From NCBI GenBank assembly GCA_043800755.1, contig JAZDMQ010000016.1, positions 1-25,137 of the forward strand: a DNA stretch of 25,137 bases. Reading direction: 5' to 3'. The first letter of the stretch is position 1; each line of letters starts with the position of its first letter. This DNA comes from a bacterium. GTDB lineage: Bacteria > Methylomirabilota > Methylomirabilia > CAVQYV01. Position numbers and translations under genes: made by a program. Below, in pieces: positions 7,508 through 16,718 of the stretch. The notes under the pieces were generated by a model, which saw only the letters and a list, made by a program, of their open reading frames with translations, had not been told where the DNA came from and ran no database searches.

Positions 7508-8478
7508 TTGACCTCGATATAGGCCTTGTCGCGCAGGCCCTGGGTCCATTCCTTATAGCGCTGTTCTGCCCTCTTCTCGTAGATCTGATTTCGAAGCTGC
7601 TCTGCGACCTCGGCGTAGGGTTTGATGGGGGTACGCTTCTCCTCCACCTTGATGATGACGAATCCGGAGGGGATGGGGATGATCTCGCTATGCTGGCCCA
7701 CCTTCAGGGAGAAGGCCACCTTGTCCACCCCTGGATGGAGCTCTCCCTGTTTCACATACCCGATATCTCCACCCGCCTCGGACATGGGCCCGGAGGAGTA
7801 CCCCTTGACGATGGCGGAGAAGTCCTCGCCCCGGTCCAATCGCCGCAGGGCGGCCTCCGCCTTCTTTCTCTCCTGGTCCGCGGCCTCCGGATTGACATTG
7901 GGAGGGAGAGGGATGAGGAGGTAGCGCAGCCGCACCTGAGAGGGCTCGACGAACTTGTCTATCTGCTCCTCGTAAGCCTTGCGGATCTCCTGCTCGGAGA
8001 GGATGATCTTGGAGCGCACCTCTTTGCCCACGATCCTGAGCAGGATCAGGTGATTCTTCACATCCTTCCTCAACTTCTCGAGCTTGAGGCCCTCCCGGGC
8101 CAGGGCGTTCTTGAAATCCTCCTCCGTCCCGATCTTGGCGTTCTTCTTCAAGTCCTCGATGTATTCATCCACCTCGAGCGCGGAGACCGCGATGCCCTGC
8201 TTCTTAGCCTCCTGCAACTGGAGTTTCTGGTCGATGAGGCCCTCCAGGATTTGCCTCTCCGTCTCCTGCGCTTTCGGCAAGCCCCCTCTGGCAGCAGACT
8301 CCTGGTACATCCGGCGGAGAAAAGGTATGCTCTGCTCCTGCACCTCCGTCTGGGTGATGATCTCGCCATTCACCGCGGCGAGCACCTTTTCCACCACCAC
8401 GGCCCCGCAGGAGACCGGGCAAAGGGCGACGGCCAATAAAGGTAGGCAGAGGGCCAGCGACCTCCCCCAGAAACCCAT
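7504..8478 (-). CDS. surA: SurA-like periplasmic chaperone / parvulin PPIase
   Basis: Signal peptide, SurA N-domain VEKVLAAVNGEIITQTE, and a single parvulin domain (GEDFSAIVKGYS...GGDIGYV). Confidence 0.75.
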   Translation of the reverse strand: MGFWGRSLALCLPLLAVALCPVSCGAVVVEKVLAAVNGEIITQTEVQEQSIPFLRRMYQESAARGGLPKAQETERQILEGLIDQKLQLQEAKKQGIAVSALEVDEYIEDLKKNAKIGTEEDFKNALAREGLKLEKLRKDVKNHLILLRIVGKEVRSKIILSEQEIRKAYEEQIDKFVEPSQVRLRYLLIPLPPNVNPEAADQERKKAEAALRRLDRGEDFSAIVKGYSSGPMSEAGGDIGYVKQGELHPGVDKVAFSLKVGQHSEIIPIPSGFVIIKVEEKRTPIKPYAEVAEQLRNQIYEKRAEQRYKEWTQGLRDKAYIEVK

Positions 8479-8481
8479 CTT

Positions 8482-9411
8482 CTATTTCCCCGAGGGGTTG
8501 GGGGAGGCGTGGGGAGGCGAGGGGACTTTTCCCGGAGCGAGATCCTCGGGTCCCTTAGGCATCTCAGGGCCCATCTTGAGGGAGACGGGCAATCGGGCCT
8601 CGTAGATTTTCACCCTGGCATCACTTCGCAGCGCGTTGAGCCAGTTGTCCAGTTGGCCTCTTTGTTTGTCGGCCTCAGCGAAAGGCCGAAGGCGATCTTT
8701 CACCTGGTCATATTGCAGATTGGCCGTCTTCTTCCGCTCCACCAATTTGAAGATATGATAGCCCCTGGGGGTCTTGATCACGGTGCTGATCTCCTGGGGC
8801 GCGAGGGAGAAGGCGGCCTTTTCCACCTCGGACGGCAGTTGGCCCCGGGAGACGAATCCCAGGTCCCCGCCCTTGGCCCCGCTCACCTTATCGACGGAAA
8901 ACTGACGGGCGAGCTCCTCGAATCCCTCCTTCTTGAGCAGGCGGGCGCGCACCTCTTCCGCCTCCTTGGAATCCTTGAGGAGGATCTGTTTGAGGTGGAC
9001 CTCCGAGGTCTCCAGCGCGTCCCGGTGCTTGTCGAAATAGGCCCGGACCTCCGCCTCGGCGACCTTGACCTTATCGCGGATCTCCTGAGTCAGCAGGGCG
9101 TTAAGCAGGATGTTCCTCCGGCTCTCCTCCAGGCGGGCCTTGACCTCGGGCTGCGCGCCCAGATTGCGCTGTTCTGCCTCCTGCATCAAGAGCTCCCTCT
9201 TGATCATCTCCTCCAACAGCTTCTTTTGTCCCTCGGGGCTTACCAGCACGGCCCGGGAGTGAAAGGGGAGCTGATCGATCTCCCTTTCCAGATCCCCCGC
9301 CGTGATCTCGACCTTGTTCACCTTCGCCAGCACATGATGATCCGGATCCTTGCTGCATCCGGAATAGAGGGCCAACAAAGGAATGATCAATGCGGCAATA
9401 ATCTTAGACAC
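8482..9411 (-). CDS. PpiC/PrsA-type peptidyl-prolyl isomerase, probable lipoprotein
   Basis: GTG at 9411 with SD AAGGAG. Hydrophobic leader and LYSGC lipobox-like motif. VLAKVNKVEIT, FEELARQFS, GGDLGF, TPRGYHIFKL, and a Pro-rich tail. Confidence 0.85.
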   Translation of the reverse strand: MSKIIAALIIPLLALYSGCSKDPDHHVLAKVNKVEITAGDLEREIDQLPFHSRAVLVSPEGQKKLLEEMIKRELLMQEAEQRNLGAQPEVKARLEESRRNILLNALLTQEIRDKVKVAEAEVRAYFDKHRDALETSEVHLKQILLKDSKEAEEVRARLLKKEGFEELARQFSVDKVSGAKGGDLGFVSRGQLPSEVEKAAFSLAPQEISTVIKTPRGYHIFKLVERKKTANLQYDQVKDRLRPFAEADKQRGQLDNWLNALRSDARVKIYEARLPVSLKMGPEMPKGPEDLAPGKVPSPPHASPNPSGK

Positions 9412-9438
9412 CTTTTGCTCCTTGAGAGGAATTTTCGG

Positions 9439-9506
9439 TCTTGATATCGGTTGGCCCATCCCGCGACTCGCTCGGGGATGGGGTTGACGATGCATCTTGA
9501 TATTGG
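9439..9506. repeat. Hairpin flanked by 12-bp direct repeats
   Basis: TCTTGATATCGG (9439) and TCTTGATATTGG (9495) flank the stem CCCATCCC (9455-9462) / GGGATGGG (9475-9482). Confidence 0.45.
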
Positions 9507-9542
9507 GGGTTGGGGTTGGCAAGACGGAGCTAACCTAACATA

Positions 9543-12500
9543 TCAGGATAGTCCTTGCAATAGATTTTTGACCGCCTCCAGCCTCTCCTGGGGATCGTCC
9601 CCCGGGAGTCTCAGCTCTAGGATATTCTCGGGGAGGTAGTGCAGGGCCCCCTTGTTTTCGGAGAGGAGCCGCATCACCCGGGAAGGGTCAATGGGCGGCC
9701 TTTCCCCAAAGGTCAACCGCACCCTGCCCTTTTTTGCTTCGATCTCGTGGATCCGCAGGGGGCGAGCCAGAAGGCGAATCTGGGCGACCTGGAACAGGCG
9801 CCGGGCCGGAAGGGGCATGGGCCCACAGCGGTCCTCTATTTCCCCCTGGAGATCCGCCAGCTCCTCGCCCCGACCCAGGGCCAAGAGGCGCTTATAGAGG
9901 ATGAAGCGCTGATCCGGATCCGGGACATAGGCCTCGGGGAAATGCCCCTCCACCTTGAGGCGGATGCTCGGCTCCGGGGCAGCCTCGACCTGCTCTCCCT
10001 TGAGCTCGCGAATGGTGCCCTCCAAGAGCTGGCAGCAGAGCTCGAAGCCCACCGCAGCCACATGTCCGTGCTGTTGGGAGCCCAGAAGGTTGCCCGCCCC
10101 CCGAATCTGAAGGTCCCGCATCGCCAGCTTGTACCCGGACCCCAACTCAGAAAGCTCCGAGATGGCCTGCAGGCGCTCCCGGGATTCCCGGGAGCGCAGG
10201 GAGGCATCGGGGACCAGGAGGTAGGCGTAGGCCTGATGGCGGTTCCTGCCCACCCGGCCCCGGAGCTGGTAGAGTTGGGCCAGACCCAGACGGTCCGCGT
10301 GGTGGATCAGGATGGTATTGACATTGGGCAGATCCAGGCCAGACTCCACAATGGTCGTGGAAAGGAGGATGTCGTGCTTTCGGGCGTAGAATTCGTACAT
10401 GATCTGTTCCAGCTCCTCCTCCGGCATCTGCCCGTGGGCCAGGGCGATGCGCGCGGAAGGCAAGAGCCGCTGCAGGTATCTCTGGATCCGCTGGATGCTC
10501 TGCACCCGGTTGTGAACGAAGAAGACCTGGCCCTGACGATCTAGCTCCCTGCCGATCGCCTCCTTGATCACCTCGGAGCGGAAGCCGGTAAGGTAGGTCT
10601 TGATCGATAGCCGCTCCTCCGGTGGCGTGTTGATGACGCTCAAGTCGCGAAGCCCCACCAGGGCCATGTGGAGGGTGCGCGGGATGGGGGTGGCCGTCAG
10701 GGTGAGGCAATCGACCTCCTTCCTGAGCTGCTTGATGCGCTCTTTGTCCGTCACCCCGAAGCGATGTTCCTCGTCCACGATCAAGAGGCCCAACTGGGAG
10801 AATTCCACATCCTTCTGCAGCAGGCGATGGGTACCGATCACCAGGTCCACTTCCCCGTTGGCCAGGCCCCGCAGGACCTTAGCCTGTTCTGCCGGGGTGC
10901 GGAATCGGCTCAACATCTCCACTCGCAGGGGAAAGGGGGAGAATCGCTCGGAGAAGGTCTGATAATGCTGGAGGGCCAAGATGGTGGTGGGGACCAGGAC
11001 CGCCACCTGCTTCCCCTCCATGCAGGCCTTGAAGGCCGCTCTCATGGCCACCTCGGTCTTCCCGTACCCCACATCCCCACAGACCAGGCGATCCATGGGG
11101 CGGGGGTTCTCCATGTCCCTTTTTACCTCGTGGATTGCCTGTAGCTGATCCTTTGTCTCTTCATGGGGGAAGGCGGCCTCAAACTCCGCTTGCCAGGGGG
11201 CGTCGGAGGGGAAGGGAAACCCTTCCGCCAATTGTCGGGCTGCATAGAGATCGAGCAGTTCCTTGGCGATCTTCTTGGTGGCGGCCTTGGCCTTCTCCTT
11301 AGCCCGAAGCCAGGTATTGCCACCCAAGCGATCGAGGGGCGGTGGGGCGGCGTCGGCCCCGACATAGCGATGCACCAGGTTCAGCTTATCCAAGGGGACG
11401 TAGAGCTTATCGGCCCCGGCGTATTTGATCTCTAAGTATTCGCTCTCGATGCCCCCGGCGATGATCCTTTTCAGCCCCCGGTAGAGGCCGATGCCGTGAT
11501 CGACATGGACCACGAAATCGCCATATTTCAAACTCTCCAGGGGAAGGTAGGCGCCCCGGGGAGGGCGGTGAGGCTGGGGTGCCTCGTGGAGGCGCCCGCC
11601 GAAGACCTCCTCTTCGGAGATCACAACCAGCTTCAACTCCGGCAGGCGGAAACCAGAGGAGAGGTTCCCCACCAGGATCGCCAGGGGAGGGGCGGAGAAG
11701 AACTCCTCGCCCAGGGGCAAGTGAAGCTCATATTCCTTCAGGGCTTCCTGGAGCCTTCGCGCCTGGCACAGGCTCTTGCAGAAGAGGCGCAGGCGGTAGC
11801 CCTCGCGATGCCAGCCCGAGACGGCCTCGGCCAGGAAGGAGATCTTGCTCCGGAAGGCGGGGATGCCGATAGTCTCAAAGGAGATGGTCCGATCGATCCC
11901 GGGTGGAGGCTGGGGGAATTGAAAGCTGGTGAGGGAGAGTCGGGGGCTTCCTTGGATCAGATCCTCCCAGGCAGGAGGGGTTGGTCCCCCACCCTGGCCT
12001 TGCAGCTCTGTGGCAACCCGCTGCAGCGAATCCGGCTCATCCAGGAGGACGAGGGGAGGGTGAGGGAAGTACTGGAGTAGATTGGCCGCGGGGTCAGGCC
12101 CTTCCCCCCCCCATCCCTCTTCCAGGGGAGGGATGTTCGCTTGCTCGATGGGAGAGATGGAGCGTTGAGTCTCCTGGTCGAACTGGCGCAGGGAGACGAT
12201 CTCATCCCCGAAGAATTCCACCCGCACCGGGTGCTCAGCCGCTGGGGAGAAGAGATCCAGCACCCCGCCGCGGCGGCTGAACTCCCCCCACTCGGTCACC
12301 TGAGGGGTTTCGCGATAGCCCCTTTCCAAGAGGGAGGCGACGAGGTGGGCAAGGGGGAGGAGGCGTTGAGGGTAGAGGCTGATGAAGGAGAACCGCAGCG
12401 ACTCCGGGGAGGGGAGGAGATCGAACAGGCAGGCCAGGGGGGAGACCAGGATGGGGGCCTTCCCCTGGAGCAAATCGGAGAGGGAGAGGATCCTCTCGGC

Positions 12501-12704
12501 GCGGGTGGGCAGAGAAGGCTTCTCCCCCCCGGGCAGGGGAGGGAGATAGAGGACAGACTCTTGACCGAGAAAGGTCTTTAGCGCCCGCCAGAAGGCCTCG
12601 GCGTCCTCGACCTCCGGGCAAACTACAAGCACCGGCCTCTTCCGCTCCCGATAGAGGCTGGCGGCAATAAAGGCCTTGGAGGCTCCCCAGAGCCCTTGAG
12701 CCAT
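9543..12704 (-). CDS. mfd: Transcription-repair coupling factor
   Basis: UvrB-like GEFSRRGGVLDLF, RID VVHVDHGIG, GDVGYGKTEVA, DEEHRFG, QLYQLRGRVGR, TRG DLQIRGAGNLLG and TRCF C-terminus. The start is uncertain because the frame stays open upstream. Confidence 0.97.
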   Translation of the reverse strand: MAQGLWGASKAFIAASLYRERKRPVLVVCPEVEDAEAFWRALKTFLGQESVLYLPPLPGGEKPSLPTRAERILSLSDLLQGKAPILVSPLACLFDLLPSPESLRFSFISLYPQRLLPLAHLVASLLERGYRETPQVTEWGEFSRRGGVLDLFSPAAEHPVRVEFFGDEIVSLRQFDQETQRSISPIEQANIPPLEEGWGGEGPDPAANLLQYFPHPPLVLLDEPDSLQRVATELQGQGGGPTPPAWEDLIQGSPRLSLTSFQFPQPPPGIDRTISFETIGIPAFRSKISFLAEAVSGWHREGYRLRLFCKSLCQARRLQEALKEYELHLPLGEEFFSAPPLAILVGNLSSGFRLPELKLVVISEEEVFGGRLHEAPQPHRPPRGAYLPLESLKYGDFVVHVDHGIGLYRGLKRIIAGGIESEYLEIKYAGADKLYVPLDKLNLVHRYVGADAAPPPLDRLGGNTWLRAKEKAKAATKKIAKELLDLYAARQLAEGFPFPSDAPWQAEFEAAFPHEETKDQLQAIHEVKRDMENPRPMDRLVCGDVGYGKTEVAMRAAFKACMEGKQVAVLVPTTILALQHYQTFSERFSPFPLRVEMLSRFRTPAEQAKVLRGLANGEVDLVIGTHRLLQKDVEFSQLGLLIVDEEHRFGVTDKERIKQLRKEVDCLTLTATPIPRTLHMALVGLRDLSVINTPPEERLSIKTYLTGFRSEVIKEAIGRELDRQGQVFFVHNRVQSIQRIQRYLQRLLPSARIALAHGQMPEEELEQIMYEFYARKHDILLSTTIVESGLDLPNVNTILIHHADRLGLAQLYQLRGRVGRNRHQAYAYLLVPDASLRSRESRERLQAISELSELGSGYKLAMRDLQIRGAGNLLGSQQHGHVAAVGFELCCQLLEGTIRELKGEQVEAAPEPSIRLKVEGHFPEAYVPDPDQRFILYKRLLALGRGEELADLQGEIEDRCGPMPLPARRLFQVAQIRLLARPLRIHEIEAKKGRVRLTFGERPPIDPSRVMRLLSENKGALHYLPENILELRLPGDDPQERLEAVKNLLQGLS

Positions 12705-12742
12705 GAGGCTTCCCGCCCCCGGACCAAGGTCCTCCAGGAGGT

Positions 12743-13258
12743 CTATGAGTTTTTTCGAGGTGGTAATGAATTCCGTAGTGACTTGCCGTATCTTTCGGTG
12801 ATGGTGCGAATGATGGAAGAGGAGCTTGCCCCCTCCACCAGGGGCAGGCTGAAGACCTTGCCCCCCCTGGTCTCCACCTCCTCCCTCCCCACGATCTGTT
12901 CCGGGGTCCAGTCCCCCCCCTTCACCAGCACATTGGGCTGTAAAAGGGCAATTAGGTGCGAGGGATCCGGTTCCTCGAAGATCGTCACATAGTCCACAAA
13001 GGACAGCGCGGCCAGGAGCTCAGCTCGCTCCCCCTGGGGGATGATGGGCCTCTCTGCCCCCTTGATCGCCCTGACCGAGGCATCGCTGTTGAGGGCAACC
13101 ACCAGGCAATCCCCCAGGCCCCTTGCGGACCTGAGATAGCGAACATGGCCTACATGGAGGAGATCGAAACAGCCATTGGTAAAAACCACCCTCCTCCCCT
13201 GCTGTTGCAGGGACCTGACCCGCTCGATCAGGCAATCCGGGGAAAGGATCTCTCCCAT
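12743..13258 (-). CDS. rfaE2: D-glycero-beta-D-manno-heptose 1-phosphate adenylyltransferase (HldE domain II)
   Basis: [43 protein letters not shown]. The ATG overlaps the upstream TAA. Confidence 0.93.
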   Translation of the reverse strand: MGEILSPDCLIERVRSLQQQGRRVVFTNGCFDLLHVGHVRYLRSARGLGDCLVVALNSDASVRAIKGAERPIIPQGERAELLAALSFVDYVTIFEEPDPSHLIALLQPNVLVKGGDWTPEQIVGREEVETRGGKVFSLPLVEGASSSSIIRTITERYGKSLRNSLPPRKNS

Positions 13259-14211
13259 TAGAGGCCTGCCTCCTCCTCGATCAGGGCCGCGGCCAGGAGG
13301 GGGACCATGATCTCGTGGTGGCCAATGAGCGAGAAGGCCCGGGCCCCGAGGAGGGAGGGACGACGGATCACATTCTGCTCGGGCCGATAGTGCGAGAGAA
13401 AATCCATGTTCAGGGTGAGGAAGGGGCTGATCTCGCGCCCCAGATTCCGGGCCAGGGCCAGGGCCTTGAGGAAGACCTCGGGGAGGATGACCGCCGAGCC
13501 CAGATTGAGGTAAGCCCCTCCTTGCAGGTCGGCCACCATGGCCGCGAAAAGGCGAAAGTCTTGGTAGGAAGCGGCGCCCAGGACCTCTCCCTTGCAGGAG
13601 GGGTGCATATGTACGATATCGGTGCCCACCGCGACATGGACCGTGAGGGGTATCTCCCGCCGGGCAGCGGCGGCAAAGAGGCTTTGTTCCAAATAGGGGG
13701 GATTGAGCTCCAGGAGTTTCATCCCCAGGGCCTTCCCGTAGCCCCATCCCTTGGCCATCCCCTCCTCCAGGGCAGAATGGAGGACCTGTCCGGTCTCCTC
13801 TGCCATCCCAAAGGTCCCGTCCTTCAGGGCATCACCCACCTCCTCCGAGGTGTGGCCCACCATCGCCATCTCCAGGTCGTGAATGCTCCCTGCCCCATGG
13901 GTGGCCAGGCCGCTGATCCATCCTCGCTCCATGAGGTCAATCAGGATCGGGGAGAGGCCGGCCTTGATGACATGTGCCCCCATCCCCCAGAGCAAGACCC
14001 TTCCCTGGCGGCGGGACTGACCCAGGGCGGCGATGACCTCCCGCAGGGATTGAGAGGCCAAGAGGCGGGGAAGGGAATCGAGGAACTCGCGCAGACTCCC
14101 GCCTGGACTCCACTTCTGGGCGAGCTTCTCCGTCTGAACCTTGCTCCTCCGCTGGGCGAGGGAGGTCCTCTTGGTGCGCGAGAGATCCAATGGCCTGTAC
14201 TTGGAAGTCAT
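13258..14211 (-). CDS. Conserved hypothetical protein with deoxyhypusine-synthase-like fold (GSU2086-like)
   Basis: ATG 14211 with [54 protein letters not shown] and [10 protein letters not shown] parallel DHS segments. Confidence 0.7.
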   Translation of the reverse strand: MTSKYRPLDLSRTKRTSLAQRRSKVQTEKLAQKWSPGGSLREFLDSLPRLLASQSLREVIAALGQSRRQGRVLLWGMGAHVIKAGLSPILIDLMERGWISGLATHGAGSIHDLEMAMVGHTSEEVGDALKDGTFGMAEETGQVLHSALEEGMAKGWGYGKALGMKLLELNPPYLEQSLFAAAARREIPLTVHVAVGTDIVHMHPSCKGEVLGAASYQDFRLFAAMVADLQGGAYLNLGSAVILPEVFLKALALARNLGREISPFLTLNMDFLSHYRPEQNVIRRPSLLGARAFSLIGHHEIMVPLLAAALIEEEAGL

Positions 14212-14243
14212 TTCCCTCCCCCCTAGGCGGCATTCCCAGTCAA

Positions 14244-14744
14244 TTACGCCCGTTCCTTCCTTAGCTTCCTCTTGATCATATCCCGCTTGGCCGGGCTGAG
14301 TCGGTCGATGAAGAGGAGGCCGTTCAAATGGTCGATCTCGTGCTGCAGGATGCGGGCCATCAGCCCGGCACCCTTGATCTCCACCGGCTTCCCCTGGCGA
14401 TCGAGGGCGCGAACCCGCACCGTCTCCGCGCGGGGAACCTCCATCCGTAGCTCGGGAACGGAAAGGCATCCCTCCTCGGCGACCTCCTCCCCTTCCGTGC
14501 TGATGATCTCAGGGTTGATCAGCGCGACGAAGTCCCTCTTCTCGAGGTCTTCCAGGGAGGTGATGACCACGATGCGCCTGGAGACCCCCACCTGCGGGGC
14601 CGCAAGTCCCACCCCGGGGGCGGAGAACAGGGTCTCCGCCATATCATCGATCAGCCTCTGCAACTCCTGGTCGATGTCCGATACGGGCTGGGCGACCTTC
14701 CTCAGCACCGCTGCGCCGTAGGTCATAATGGGCAATAGGCTCAT
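14244..14744 (-). CDS. def: Peptide deformylase
   Basis: GVGLAAPQVG, EGCLS and QHEIDHLNG motifs. Confidence 0.97.
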   Translation of the reverse strand: MSLLPIMTYGAAVLRKVAQPVSDIDQELQRLIDDMAETLFSAPGVGLAAPQVGVSRRIVVITSLEDLEKRDFVALINPEIISTEGEEVAEEGCLSVPELRMEVPRAETVRVRALDRQGKPVEIKGAGLMARILQHEIDHLNGLLFIDRLSPAKRDMIKRKLRKERA

Positions 14745-14780
14745 GCAATCCCCCCCCTCTTCAATCCCCTTCCTTTCCTC

Positions 14781-15803
14781 TCAGGTCAGCGGCAGCCGCG
14801 CCGCCGCGTTGAGGGAAAAGGGGGAGCGCTCCCCGCGCGCCAGCCTTCTCCAGCCTGCAAAGGCGATCATGGCGGCGTTGTCGGTGCAAAGTCCTGGCTG
14901 CGGGCAGTGGAGCGCGATACCCTCTTTCTCGGTGAGCTGGCGCATCAAGGCGCGCAGAGCCCCATTGCAGGCCACCCCGCCCACCAGGGCGATCCGGGGA
15001 GAGCCGGTGGCCTTAGCCGCCCTCAGGGCCGTCTTGGCACACATCTCAATCGCCGCCTGTTGAAAGCTGGCCGCGATGTCCGCCCTCCTCTGCTCGTCTT
15101 TCAGGGGGTATTCCCCCCTGGCCCTCCTCTCCTCTAAATAGTAGTGTACCGCGGTCTTCAGTCCACTAAAGCTGAAGTCGAAGGAGCCATTGCCCATCAT
15201 CCCCCTGGGAAAACGGACATAACCGGGGTTTCCGGATTGGGCGACCTTCTCAATGATGGGGCCGCCAGGATAACCCAGGCCCAGGAGCTTCGCCACCTTG
15301 TCGAAGGCCTCCCCTGCCGCATCGTCGCGGGTCCTTCCCAGCAGCCGATAGCGTCCCTCCTCCTGCACCTGAAACAGGTGGGTGTGGCCCCCCGAGACCA
15401 CCAAGGCGGTGAAGGGATAGGAGAGGGAAGGATCGTCCAGCAGCGCGGCCAGGATGTGGCCCTCGAGGTGGTTGATCCCCAGGAAGGGGATCCTTTCCAC
15501 ATAGGCCACCGCCTTGGCCACCGAGAGGCCGACCAGCAGGGATCCAATCAACCCGGGCCCCACGGTGACCGCCACCCCTTCAATGGCGCTCAGATCCAGG
15601 CCGGCCCCGGAGAGCGCCTGCTCCACTATCGGATAGATCATCTCCAGGTGTCTGCGAGAGGCCAACTCTGGGACCACTCCCCCAAAATGGGCGTGGATGT
15701 CCACCTGGGAGGAGATAAGGCTGGAGATGATGCCCTTCCCCTCTTCGTAGACGGCAGCGGCCGTTTCATCGCAGGAGGTTTCGATTCCCAAGATCTTCTT
15801 CAA
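14781..15803 (-). CDS. tsaD: tRNA N6-threonylcarbamoyltransferase TsaD
   Basis: ILGIETSCDET, GGVVPELASRRH, GPGL, NHLEGH, SGGHT, DDAAGEAFDK, FSFSGLKT, DNAAMIA. TTG start at 15803 (SD GAGGT) or 15815. Confidence 0.97.
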   Translation of the reverse strand: MKKILGIETSCDETAAAVYEEGKGIISSLISSQVDIHAHFGGVVPELASRRHLEMIYPIVEQALSGAGLDLSAIEGVAVTVGPGLIGSLLVGLSVAKAVAYVERIPFLGINHLEGHILAALLDDPSLSYPFTALVVSGGHTHLFQVQEEGRYRLLGRTRDDAAGEAFDKVAKLLGLGYPGGPIIEKVAQSGNPGYVRFPRGMMGNGSFDFSFSGLKTAVHYYLEERRARGEYPLKDEQRRADIAASFQQAAIEMCAKTALRAAKATGSPRIALVGGVACNGALRALMRQLTEKEGIALHCPQPGLCTDNAAMIAFAGWRRLARGERSPFSLNAAARLPLT

Positions 15804-15821
15804 ATCTGACCTCAACTTCCC

Positions 15822-16703
15822 TCAGCGGACGACCTGCGAGGCAGGGACCAGGCGGATCCCCTCCCTCTCCAGACGGGGGAGAGAGTCCTTCAGCACCGCC
15901 GCGGTGAGGGGATAAGGATGGCCGACCCCGATGGCCGTTCCCCTTTTTCGGGCGACCTTGATCAACATCTTGAGTTGCCCCTCGATATAGTCCCGGTCTT
16001 GCCAATTGTCCAAGAAGATATCCCGGGCTCCGGCTCTGATTCCCATCTCCCGGGCCAGGGAGAGACCGATCGTGCCACTGGTGGTCAGGCTATCCACAAA
16101 GTATAGATTCCGCTTCTTGAGCTCGGAGAGGAGGATGCTCATTCCCCCTCGCTCCTCGGTCAGTCGCGAGCCCATGTGATTGTTGACGCCCATGGCCCCC
16201 GGGACACTCTTCAGGTCCCGGAGGAGGACCCTGCGCATCTCTTCGCCGCCCATGGAGCTGAAGATTGCCCCCTCCCCCGGGTTCTTCCCAGGATACTCTC
16301 GGGGCTCCAGGGGGAGGTGCAGCATCACCTCCCGGCCCTGTTCCCTGGCCTCCCTGGCGATTCTCTGTGAATAGGGCAGGGAAGGGAGTATGGCCAAGGT
16401 CAGGGGATAGCCGATCTCCAGGAAAGAATGATAGTCGTGACCGTTATATCCCAGATCGTCAATGATGATGGCCAGGCGGCAGCCCGGGGGAGGAGCAGGC
16501 GCCATTCTCTCCTGTGGCCTCTCCGGAGGGGGCAGAGGGGTCGGGGGCGGGATGGCCGCCTCTTCCCTCCCAGCCCTCTCCACCCCCGCGGGCCTCGGCG
16601 GAGGTTTCTCTGACCTTTGGATCTCCTGGAGCCACCAGATCATCCCTGCCAAGACCAGGGCTAGGATTAGGAGGAGTAAGAAGAGGGATCGGTTTCTTTT
16701 CAA
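15822..16703 (-). CDS. Divergent polysaccharide deacetylase (YibQ-like), membrane anchored
   Basis: N-terminal TM segment, Pro-rich linker, AIIIDDLG, VMLHLPLEP, GVNNHMGS, FVDSLT, RDIFLDN, IGVGHP. Confidence 0.92.
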   Translation of the reverse strand: MKRNRSLFLLLLILALVLAGMIWWLQEIQRSEKPPPRPAGVERAGREEAAIPPPTPLPPPERPQERMAPAPPPGCRLAIIIDDLGYNGHDYHSFLEIGYPLTLAILPSLPYSQRIAREAREQGREVMLHLPLEPREYPGKNPGEGAIFSSMGGEEMRRVLLRDLKSVPGAMGVNNHMGSRLTEERGGMSILLSELKKRNLYFVDSLTTSGTIGLSLAREMGIRAGARDIFLDNWQDRDYIEGQLKMLIKVARKRGTAIGVGHPYPLTAAVLKDSLPRLEREGIRLVPASQVVR

Positions 16704-16718
16704 GGGGTCGGTTGTCTC

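Noticed and set aside
12743..14469. Long N-terminal extensions in the ORF track for rfaE2 (to 13747) and the DHS-like gene (to 14469), suggesting fusions or frameshifts
   Set aside because: The extensions overlap intact upstream genes in another frame and are low-complexity. Proper starts exist at 13258 and 14211.
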